Of a stretch of 32,000 nt of DNA, positions 1-7,984 are shown in pieces. The translations under genes were made by a program, and so were the position numbers. How positions within the stretch are numbered: the first letter of the stretch is position 1; every line of letters starts with the position of its first letter. Below the pieces are notes generated by a model. It was not told where the DNA came from. It was given only the letters and a program-made list of their open reading frames with translations, and ran no database searches. The DNA is from Candidatus Baldrarchaeota archaeon (GTDB lineage Archaea; Asgardarchaeota; Baldrarchaeia; Baldrarchaeales; DXJG01): contig DXJG01000005.1 in NCBI GenBank assembly GCA_019056805.1, forward strand, positions 1,419 to 33,418, given 5' to 3'.

Positions 1-1085
1 CAAAGATATGAAAGCTCATTTATAATGTCTTTTCCATTCTTTGAACGGCCTCCAAGTTCGAAGTGGAAAGATCGATATCCAGTGTGGTATTTTGCTGCGG
101 TGTGAGATTTTAGTGAATAGTTTAGCCATCCAAATTTAATAAATAGACATTCAAGTAGTTCTAGGGCATCTTCTTTTGTTAATCTCCCCTCTTCTATATC
201 TTTTTTGTAAAATGGATACATGTATTCGTCGAAGCGCCCTGTTGAATATCCAATTCCACCTTCCTCTATATAACTTGCAACAAAAACGAACCAAAATGAT
301 TGTAATGCTTCATGGAAATTTCTTGCGGGATTTGCTGACACCCAGCTACATATCTCGCTAATTTTTAATAGTTCTTCTTTTCGTTGAGGATCAGTTTCTT
401 TTTCAGCAAGTTCACGTGCTAGATTTGCATATCTTTTAGCCCAGTTGATTACAGCATCAATACATATCAGTGCTGCCTCATAGAACTGTTTGACTGCCTC
501 ATGTGGAACTTTTGCCAGTTTTTCTTTTATTTCTTCCTTTATTCCATTTAGTCCTTTATGAAGTACTTTTGGGTTAAATATGACGTGTCCTGGACCTGAG
601 CTAGCAAATGCACCTAAATTTGCTAGCTCAGTGTCCTTGGGAGGATATTCAAAGGGGTTCATGAAAAATACTTCTCTAATTGCTGGAGATAATCGATTAA
701 ACATAACTTCGTGTAGTGTTTTTCCTCGCCAATAGGGGAAAACCTTTTCTCTTAACACTTTTTTAGTTGTTTCATCTACTTCGGTTGGCTCATATTTCCT
801 TGTGGGAAGTTCATCTAATACTTTTTCTATCCAATGAGCAACATATTCAGGGTAAAGAGGCGTTCCAAGTGGCTCAGTTGTAGGGGAACCAACGATCAAT
901 TCACCATCATCAATTATGATCGGCATTTCTTCTAACACTTTTTTGAAAGCTTTTGCTCTTCTTATTATTTGGGGTTCCCCTTCGGTTTCTCTGTAACTTT
1001 CTGTCACTAACACAGCTCTTGTAGCATCAAGCTTAGGTTTAGCTGTCCAAACTTTCTCTACTAACTTTCTTACTCTATGTCGCAT
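1..1085 (-). CDS. Glycyl radical enzyme (PFL2/HypD/CutC-like superfamily), N-terminal ~361 aa, truncated by the window edge
   Basis: Hand translation from ATG at 1085 (SD AGGTGGTGA) is open to position 1: MRHRVRKLVEKVWTAKPKLDATRAVLVTESYRETEGEPQIIRRAKAFKKVLEEMPIIIDDGELIVG...NPARNFHEALQSFWF...STGRFDEYMYPFYKKDIEEGRLTKEDALELLECLFIK. These are typical GRE segments. Absent from the ORF track because no stop lies in the window. Confidence 0.92.
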   Translation of the reverse strand, partial: MRHRVRKLVEKVWTAKPKLDATRAVLVTESYRETEGEPQIIRRAKAFKKVLEEMPIIIDDGELIVGSPTTEPLGTPLYPEYVAHWIEKVLDELPTRKYEPTEVDETTKKVLREKVFPYWRGKTLHEVMFNRLSPAIREVFFMNPFEYPPKDTELANLGAFASSGPGHVIFNPKVLHKGLNGIKEEIKEKLAKVPHEAVKQFYEAALICIDAVINWAKRYANLARELAEKETDPQRKEELLKISEICSWVSANPARNFHEALQSFWFVFVASYIEEGGIGYSTGRFDEYMYPFYKKDIEEGRLTKEDALELLECLFIKFGWLNYSLKSHTAAKYHTGYRSFHFELGGRSKNGKDIINELSYL

Positions 1086-1110
1086 AATCACCACCTGGAA
1101 GACAACTAAG

Positions 1111-1120
1111 AAATATAAAT
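1111..1120 (-). promoter_or_regulatory. Putative TATA box of the glycyl radical enzyme gene
   Basis: Minus-strand TTTATATT about 25-30 nt upstream of the SD/ATG at 1085. Confidence 0.45.
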
Positions 1121-1467
1121 TATCGTTGTAAAAGTTAAAATTTTTCGACATGTCTAGATATAAAAAATCCGTCAATAAAGGATGACTAAGGACGTATGAT
1201 CGGGAGATTTTATTTTTAAAGTTAGTTTTTAAATTTGGGCTGTGGGATGATGTGTGATTTGAGGTTTTGTGTTGATTGGGATACGTTTAACCTGAAACAT
1301 GTTAATTATTGACGTAGACCCTAGGTTCGATGCATACTTTGCTCTAAAAATCCTAACTAGTACAAGTACACCTGACTGTGATCGTCAATTAGGAGGATTT
1401 TTAAATACAGCTACAAACTATGAGTCTTATAGGATTTTATCATATTGAAAAATGGAAAATAAAACAG

Positions 1468-2763
1468 TCATATGTCTTTTAGAACTTCTCTATAGCCTTC
1501 CATGTCAAAGAACCCGTTTCCCGACACGTTAAAAACTATGACTTTTTCTTTGTTTTCTCTTTTCGCTTTAAGTGCTTCGTCGATTGCTGCTTTTACTGCA
1601 TATGCTGATTCTAAAGCTACTAGGACTCCTTCTGTTTGCAAAAATATTTTTGCAGCTTCGAGTGCTTCTTTTTCATCCAAGGCTATAGCATCAATTATTC
1701 CTTCATGTCTTAACAGACTTAATGTTGGTGATGAACTACTGCTTCTAAGTCCTTCTGCCCTGATTAGTGGAAGTTTAGTTTCAACACCTAGCGTGTACAT
1801 TTTCATTAGGGGTAATGTTCTTGAGGGCTCTACGAAATCATAGCGATATTCTCCCTTAATTAGTGTAGGAGCTGCAGATGTTTGAACAACTAGAAACTTG
1901 ATATTTCCCAGTTTTCCATCTAAATAATCTTTTATGAACGGATACGCCAATCCAGGGAAATTGCTTCCAGTTCCGCCACATGAGAGAACAACATCTGGAC
2001 TTTTGTCAATAATTTCAAGTTGTTTCTTCGTTTCTAAACCAATAATGGTATGATGCATTATTACATGATTCATTCTACTACCCCAAATAGCAACAGTGTC
2101 ATCATTATTTAATGCAACCTCAAAAGTTTCAGCATATGCAGTGCCTAAACTTCCTGGATGCTCCGGGTTTTCTTCCAAATATTTCTTCCCTATTTTAGTT
2201 GTTTCACTTGGTGATTCAATTACCTTGGCATTAAGCATCCGAGTGTATGAAGCTCTCTCGCGCTTCATGCGACAAGCATGTCTAACCCAAAAAATGGTAC
2301 AATCGAGGCTAAACATTGCTGCAGCAAAAGCAACTGCACTTCCAACCTGACCCGCGCCGGTAGGTGCTACTACTCTTTTAAACCCCTCTTTATACGCGTA
2401 ATAAACCTGTGGAATCATCGAATTCATTTTAAAACTGCCAGTAGGTGCTAAATCTTCACGCTTATAATATATACGGGCAGGGGTATTTAGAAACTCTTCA
2501 AGTCTCTTAGCTCTGTATAAAGGCCTTGGCCTTCCTATATGAATGTATAATTCTCTAACCTTATCTGGTATCGATATCCATCTTTCCTTCGAAAATTCTA
2601 GTTCAAGTGATGTTTTTGTGAAAAGTTTTTTCATTAGTTCAACCCTTGACACTCCTTTTTCAGGTTCTTTGTAGGGTGGTAGAGGTTTTGGCAAATCTGG
2701 TAGAATATTATACCAGTGTTTTGGTAGCTCATCAACCGGAAGGAAAATATGATTGTTTTTCAA
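1468..2763 (-). CDS. TrpB2-like fold-type II PLP-dependent enzyme with a divergent active site
   Basis: TrpB2 backbone: ELPKHWYNILPDLP, ARIYYKRE..PTGSFKMN (PLP Lys), TGAGQVGSA, HPGSLG, GG(T)GSNF, YTLG, ESAYA, SGNG. Start reassigned to TTG 2763 (SD GGAGGG at 2777-2772) rather than 2820. Confidence 0.88.
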   Translation of the reverse strand: MKNNHIFLPVDELPKHWYNILPDLPKPLPPYKEPEKGVSRVELMKKLFTKTSLELEFSKERWISIPDKVRELYIHIGRPRPLYRAKRLEEFLNTPARIYYKREDLAPTGSFKMNSMIPQVYYAYKEGFKRVVAPTGAGQVGSAVAFAAAMFSLDCTIFWVRHACRMKRERASYTRMLNAKVIESPSETTKIGKKYLEENPEHPGSLGTAYAETFEVALNNDDTVAIWGSRMNHVIMHHTIIGLETKKQLEIIDKSPDVVLSCGGTGSNFPGLAYPFIKDYLDGKLGNIKFLVVQTSAAPTLIKGEYRYDFVEPSRTLPLMKMYTLGVETKLPLIRAEGLRSSSSSPTLSLLRHEGIIDAIALDEKEALEAAKIFLQTEGVLVALESAYAVKAAIDEALKAKRENKEKVIVFNVSGNGFFDMEGYREVLKDI

Positions 2764-2788
2764 CGTTACAGCCCTCCTATAAATTAGT

Positions 2789-3223
2789 TTAGGACATGAG
2801 TATTTTAACGCTATTGCCAATTTTTAAATTTAATTTACCTCCGGTACTCACTTCATCCGCCTTTAGAAGTAGAGTAATATGATTTGGGGCATGTGTTGTA
2901 TCGAAACCAGCAATTACACCGATAAGTCTATCACTAATGTATACTTCATCCCCAACAACAGCAACTCCCCCGTTTTTCACTTCCATGAAACCTATATAGC
3001 CAACATGATTCACAACTTTTCCGGGTGAAGCATCTTCTTCGTCGGTTATAGCAATTTCGCAAATAGAGTTCTTTGCAAGAGCCCTTGACATCGGGTCAAT
3101 CAGTTTCATACCTCTTTCATCTATTATAATGTCAAGAATTGCAACTATTTCCCCTAAAATTTCTCTTTTCGCTATATATGGACTCTTTTTAATTAATCCG
3201 GATTTGTATGGTTCTTTGCTCAT
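2789..3223 (-). CDS. Small conserved beta-rich hypothetical protein (resembles the DUF6917-type family recalled from anaerobic Firmicutes)
   Basis: 144 aa with SD GGATGTGA. Motifs GYIGFMEVKNGGVAVVGDEV and GVIAGFDTTHAPNH. The family name is from memory and was not searched. Confidence 0.7.
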   Translation of the reverse strand: MSKEPYKSGLIKKSPYIAKREILGEIVAILDIIIDERGMKLIDPMSRALAKNSICEIAITDEEDASPGKVVNHVGYIGFMEVKNGGVAVVGDEVYISDRLIGVIAGFDTTHAPNHITLLLKADEVSTGGKLNLKIGNSVKILMS

Positions 3224-3364
3224 TTCTCATCACATCCTGAGGTTAACTCGTCAAACCAAATAATTGAAATTTTATATATTATTAGATTTCATATTAACAA
3301 TTATAACACTTTTATTTCTGGTGAAACAATAATATTGTAATACATAAATATCAAGGTGAGAAGA

Positions 3365-3835
3365 ATGGCTGGTCAAGAGAGAAGGATATGTGTAGACCCA
3401 GATTTTTTCGACCTAGAAATATATGCAATATATTATGCGATTTACGACCTTGTTGGAGAAGATACATGGAAGGTTGTATGGAAAGCTGGTGAAATAGTAT
3501 ATAATGAGATAAAAGATAAGATTGGAGCTGCAGACGCAAAGGACCCCTTTGAATCGCTTAAAAAATTGGCAGAATGGTTGAAAAAGGTGGGCTATATAGA
3601 AGATATCGAGGTACGTAAAGTGGCAGAGGACGAAATAGAGTACGTTATGCTCAATCCTATAATTACTTCAGGAGCAAAGAGATTAATTCAAGAAGGCCGC
3701 GTTCCGGCGCATATTTCAACAGCTTTAATGTTTGCTGCGCTTAAACAATTTAATATGAAAGCAGAAATGGTAGGTGAACCTAAGTTTCTACCCGACGGCC
3801 GTGCTGTAGAGAGGTGGAAGTTGATCAAAATTTAA
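3365..3835 (+). CDS. V4R/H-NOX/Bet3-like small ligand-binding domain protein
   Basis: Pattern WKAGEIVY...LKKLAEWLKKVGY.EDIEV...EIEYVMLNP...ALMFAAL...ERWKL fits the V4R-like fold. Start moved to ATG 3365 (SD GGTGA 3355-3359). Confidence 0.62.
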   Translation: MAGQERRICVDPDFFDLEIYAIYYAIYDLVGEDTWKVVWKAGEIVYNEIKDKIGAADAKDPFESLKKLAEWLKKVGYIEDIEVRKVAEDEIEYVMLNPIITSGAKRLIQEGRVPAHISTALMFAALKQFNMKAEMVGEPKFLPDGRAVERWKLIKI

Positions 3836-3867
3836 GTAAAAAATAACTAATTGGGGAGGTGGATTCC

Positions 3868-5148
3868 TTGGTGGAAGTTGTAGTTGTTGGTGGAGGTTTT
3901 GGTGGTATTGGAGCAACTCTTGGCGCAATCAAAGCTGGCGCTAACGTAACTCTAATAGAGAGAACTGATATGTTGCTTGGAACAGGATTAGTTGGTGGGA
4001 TATTTCGGAACAATGGAAGATTTGTAGCCGCTGAAGAAGCTATCGCTATGGGAGCTGGCGAAATATTTGGGATAATGGATAGAATTGCTCGACATAAAAA
4101 CATCGAATTTCCGAGGCATAAACATGCAAGTTTATATGATGTGTACAAAATCGAGCCAGAAGTTAGGAAATTTTTGGAAAAAATCGGAGTAGAATTAAAG
4201 TTAGCAGCTAGAGTTAAGGATGTTGAAAAGGTCAATAACAGGATAGTTTCATTAAAATTAGATAATGGAGAAGAAATTAAGGGGAATGTTTTTGTAGATG
4301 CTACAGGAACTTCGGCTTTCCCTGGAAACTGTACAAGGTATGGTAATGGTTGTGCTATGTGTATTTTACGCTGCCATACATTTAAACCAAGGGTAAGTAT
4401 TACGGAGAAAGCTGGGGTTAAGGAATATTATAGGGTAAGGGCAGATGGAACCCCGGGATCTATGAGTGGATCTTGTAAGATTTTTAAGGAAACGCTATCA
4501 AAGGAAATAAGGCACGAACTAGATAAAAGAGGGGTAGCAATAATTCCATTACCTAAGGAAATGGTTGATGAACATAAGTTAAAAATTAAGGCTTGTGTAC
4601 AATATGCATATCCAGAATATATCGAAAACATTATATTACTGGATACAGGACCCGCTAAGCTTATGAGTTCTTACTTTCCACTGCATCTTCTCAGGAAAAT
4701 ACCTGGTTTTGAAGACGCTAGATACGAAGATCCTTTGGCTGGAGGAATGGGTAATTCAATAAGATTTATGGCAATGGCTCCTAGAGAAAACACGATGCAA
4801 GTTAAAGGCATTGGGAACCTCTTTGTGGCTGGAGAAAAGTCAGGTCCTCAGGTAGGGCACACGGAAGCTTTAACAACTGGTGTTTTGGCAGGTTATAATG
4901 CTGCATTAAAAGGAGCAGGAAAGGAATGTATAGAATTGCCTAGAAGCATAACAATAGGGGACTTTATAGCTTTTATAAATGAGGAGGTGCAGCGGGAAAC
5001 TCCTATACCAAGAGGTTATACTTATTCTGGTGGGGTATACTTTGAAAGAATGAAAAAATTAGACTTATACACTATCGATGTAAAAGAGATCCAGAAGAGA
5101 GTAGAAGAAGCTGGAGTTAGTGGTATATTTGAAAAACGAGTTATATAA
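3868..5148 (+). CDS. FAD-dependent oxidoreductase, GidA/TrmFO-like fold, uncharacterised Cys-rich subfamily
   Basis: Rossmann motif VVVVGGGFGGIGA, LIERTD, VFVDATG and C-terminal NLFVAGEKSG.VGHTEA..TG; internal CX6CX2CX3C. SD GGAGGTGG 3855-3862 favours TTG 3868 (or GTG 3871). Confidence 0.85.
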   Translation: MVEVVVVGGGFGGIGATLGAIKAGANVTLIERTDMLLGTGLVGGIFRNNGRFVAAEEAIAMGAGEIFGIMDRIARHKNIEFPRHKHASLYDVYKIEPEVRKFLEKIGVELKLAARVKDVEKVNNRIVSLKLDNGEEIKGNVFVDATGTSAFPGNCTRYGNGCAMCILRCHTFKPRVSITEKAGVKEYYRVRADGTPGSMSGSCKIFKETLSKEIRHELDKRGVAIIPLPKEMVDEHKLKIKACVQYAYPEYIENIILLDTGPAKLMSSYFPLHLLRKIPGFEDARYEDPLAGGMGNSIRFMAMAPRENTMQVKGIGNLFVAGEKSGPQVGHTEALTTGVLAGYNAALKGAGKECIELPRSITIGDFIAFINEEVQRETPIPRGYTYSGGVYFERMKKLDLYTIDVKEIQKRVEEAGVSGIFEKRVI

Positions 5149-5171
5149 TTCTTTTTTTATTACTACTTTTT
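5149..5171 (+). terminator. Oligo-T archaeal terminator after the flavoprotein gene
   Basis: TTCTTTTTTTATTACTACTTTTT immediately follows the TAA stop. Confidence 0.5.
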
Positions 5172-5310
5172 AATGTCTACAAGGTTTTAGACAGAGTTAA
5201 ATGAAAAATGTTTACAATTCCATCTTTATAATGTAAATAAAGACAATAACATTTATTAGTAAGAAGAAAAAAAGTAAAAAAAATACTACTAAAAGCTTGG
5301 GGTATGTAAA

Positions 5311-6627
5311 ATGTCTGGGGAAAGGGAGGAAAAAATACCTCAGACATTTTGGGAATACCTTAAAGCTTGGGGACCCGGTATTGCAGCGGTATTAACTTGG
5401 GCTGGAGCTGGAGATCTCGTTGATTGCGCCGCAGCTGGTGCTAGCTATGGTTATGCCCTCATGTGGGCTCTAACAATTGCTCTACTTCTAAGAGGAGTTA
5501 TAGTCTCTATAATGGCTAAATACGAACTTTGTAATCCCCACCGAGAAACCTTAATAGCAGCATACAAACGACTTGGAACCTGGGTTGCATGGATACTTAT
5601 TGTTGCTTTCTTCTTCTATGCCCACATATACGGTGCATTTCTTCTAAAAGGTTCAGGAGTTGGACTATGGTTACTAAGCGGAAAAGCTGGAGGAGAATGG
5701 GGACTATTTGCCTGGTGTGTAGTACTAATGATAGTTGCAGTCCTCATATGGGGACAATGGGGACAAGGCAAATACAAGTACATTGAATATCTGTTTAAAG
5801 TAACATTGGCCCTCATGACTATAACTTTCTTGGGAACAGCTGCAATTGCAATAGCAAGAAACCCCGCAGCCCTTGGAAAAATGATTCTTGGAGCAATAGC
5901 CGTCGGCTGGATTCCACCAGGAGTTGGACCTTGGGAAGCAAGTTTCATGGCAGTTGCAACTATTGGAGCAATTGGAGGTTCAATAGCGAACTTTCTCTAT
6001 CCATATTTCATAAAAGGTAAAGGATGGACCGATGAAAGATACATAAAGGTACAAAGATTTGATCTGTGGCTTGCTATAATTGTTGTTATAATTTTGGATG
6101 CAGCAATTTGGACCGTAGGAGCAGAAATACTACATCCACAAGGTATTCATGTTACCTCGGTAGAAGACATAGCCTATGCATTGGTTCATATCGTCGGAAC
6201 TGCCGGAGCAGTACTCGTATATGCAGGGTTATTCGTAACAGCTTATGATACATATATCGGTCTTGCTTGTGGTCTCTGTATGGGAGGTATCGACTCCATT
6301 CATCAAGTTATGCCAGAAAGAAAAGAGAAATACAAGAGTTACGAAAATGATCCATGGTACAGATATGCTATATACTATGCTTTGATAACGCCCATTATCT
6401 GGGCTTTACCAGGAATGCCAGGATTTATCTTCATGGTACTCTTCATGAATGCCCTCTCCGTCGTAATAATTCCAATAATTGCCATAGGACTTCTAATCAT
6501 AGCCAACAAAGCAGAGTTCATAGGCGAGAAATATAAGAACAAGTGGTGGGAAAACCTATTATTGATTGTTATAGTGGCAATCGCGCTCTGGAGTACCTAC
6601 CATTTAATAATGTCCTTCATTAAGTAG
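5311..6627 (+). CDS. NRAMP-family-like (YcsG-type) secondary transporter, ~11 TM, lacking the metal-binding motifs
   Basis: GPGIAAVLTWAGAGDL...GASYGYALMW matches the NRAMP-like TM1-2 pattern. DPGN and MPHN motifs are absent. Many hydrophobic segments. Confidence 0.82.
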   Translation: MSGEREEKIPQTFWEYLKAWGPGIAAVLTWAGAGDLVDCAAAGASYGYALMWALTIALLLRGVIVSIMAKYELCNPHRETLIAAYKRLGTWVAWILIVAFFFYAHIYGAFLLKGSGVGLWLLSGKAGGEWGLFAWCVVLMIVAVLIWGQWGQGKYKYIEYLFKVTLALMTITFLGTAAIAIARNPAALGKMILGAIAVGWIPPGVGPWEASFMAVATIGAIGGSIANFLYPYFIKGKGWTDERYIKVQRFDLWLAIIVVIILDAAIWTVGAEILHPQGIHVTSVEDIAYALVHIVGTAGAVLVYAGLFVTAYDTYIGLACGLCMGGIDSIHQVMPERKEKYKSYENDPWYRYAIYYALITPIIWALPGMPGFIFMVLFMNALSVVIIPIIAIGLLIIANKAEFIGEKYKNKWWENLLLIVIVAIALWSTYHLIMSFIK

Positions 6628-6802
6628 CCACAGAGACGTAGAAGTCTGAAATCCTAAAACCTATTTTTTACTTTAAGTTTGATATGACTCAGTTGATTAA
6701 ACGTTTATCTGCCACGTTTTTATTTTGTAATTATTATTTAGCAAAAACTCTTTTGTATAATTAATTATGAATAGCAAATAACATAAAAAGGTGAGTAAGA
6801 AA

Positions 6803-7723
6803 ATGTATAAAGTATTTGAAAGACATGATGTGAACCTTTTAGAGGGAGCTATTGACCTTCATGTACATTCTGCTCCGGACTTATTTGCTAGATCACTGGA
6901 TGCAATTGAATTAGCTAAACAAGCTACAACTGTAGGTATGCGTGCCATTGTCCTAAAATGTCACTTCTTTCCTACAGTATTTACGGCTTATTTTGTTAGA
7001 AAGGCCGTAGAAAATAGTATAGATGTTTTTGGAGGAATCGTGCTTAATCATTATGTTGGAGGATTTAATCCTCATGCAGTTGAAGCATCAATAAAAGCTG
7101 GTGGGAAAATAGTTTGGATGCCAACTATCTCCGCCACAAATCACATTCACCATTATAAAAGTTTGAATAGGGAAGAATGGGGACTAAAAAGTTTAAAGCT
7201 AAAAAGTAGAGGAATAGGATTATCGCCCATAAATAAAAAGGATGAAATTGCCCCGCAAGTGGAGGAAATTCTTAGCATAATAGCTGATACAAATACGATT
7301 CTCGCTACTGGTCATCTTTCTGTTCATGAAATTGAAATACTTGTAGAGGAAGCTAGAAATTTGGGAGTTAGAAAAATTCTTGTAAATCATCCAGCATTTA
7401 GAGTTGTAAATATGCCCGTTGAAAAACAAAAGGAACTGGCGAAGAGGGGAGCTTATATGGAACATGTTTTCTTACTTTTGACTCCGATGTGGTATACCAT
7501 GAATCCAAAGAACATGGTAAAAATGATAAAAGAAGTAGGAATTGACCATTCAATAATAGCCACCGATTTGGGACAAATACATAATCCTTCACCAATTGAA
7601 GGTTTAAGAACCTTTATACAAATACTTTTAGAAAACGGCTTAAAACCACACGAGGTAAGAACTTTAGTGGCTGAAAACCCAGCCAACCTACTTGATATTG
7701 AAATAAAGAAGAATGAAAATTAA
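6803..7723 (+). CDS. Metal-dependent TIM-barrel hydrolase, amidohydrolase superfamily (DUF6282-type)
   Basis: GAIDLHVHSAPD (HxH), VLKCH, ATGHLS, VNHP, ATDLGQ. Start ATG 6803 (SD GGTGAG 6790-6795). Confidence 0.82.
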   Translation: MYKVFERHDVNLLEGAIDLHVHSAPDLFARSLDAIELAKQATTVGMRAIVLKCHFFPTVFTAYFVRKAVENSIDVFGGIVLNHYVGGFNPHAVEASIKAGGKIVWMPTISATNHIHHYKSLNREEWGLKSLKLKSRGIGLSPINKKDEIAPQVEEILSIIADTNTILATGHLSVHEIEILVEEARNLGVRKILVNHPAFRVVNMPVEKQKELAKRGAYMEHVFLLLTPMWYTMNPKNMVKMIKEVGIDHSIIATDLGQIHNPSPIEGLRTFIQILLENGLKPHEVRTLVAENPANLLDIEIKKNEN

Positions 7724-7984
7724 CATTTTATGTATATCACTCTGTTCATTATGCAATAAAATATGCATGGTTATCATGATGTATGTTAGTTAATGAATAA
7801 AAACTGTTACAAAATCCATATTGTTTAATGATGAAGCTTTGGTTTACTCTGATAAATTACTGATTTGTCATAGTAAAAAACATTGCAAAACAGTTAATTT
7901 TTTATAAAATGTCGCTTGATATATTTTCGCCCAATAAAGAGTAGCTAGGTGTTGAAGTGTAAAAGTAAAGTGTGGTGAGGATTC

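Noticed and set aside
1468-2820. Calling the PLP enzyme a functional trpB2, and using the 2820 start
   Set aside because: The catalytic Glu and several indole/serine-site residues are replaced. The 2820 start overlaps the upstream gene and the SD points to TTG 2763.
3868-5148. Calling the flavoprotein mnmG/gidA or trmFO
   Set aside because: It lacks the MnmG C-terminal domain and the GQITGVEGYxEA consensus, has a different Cys pattern, and sits in a catabolic context.
5311-6627. mntH manganese transporter
   Set aside because: DPGN and MPH metal-binding motifs are absent.
6757-6768. Perfect palindrome ATAATTAATTAT upstream of the amidohydrolase gene
   Set aside because: It is pure A/T in an AT-rich spacer and is expected by chance.
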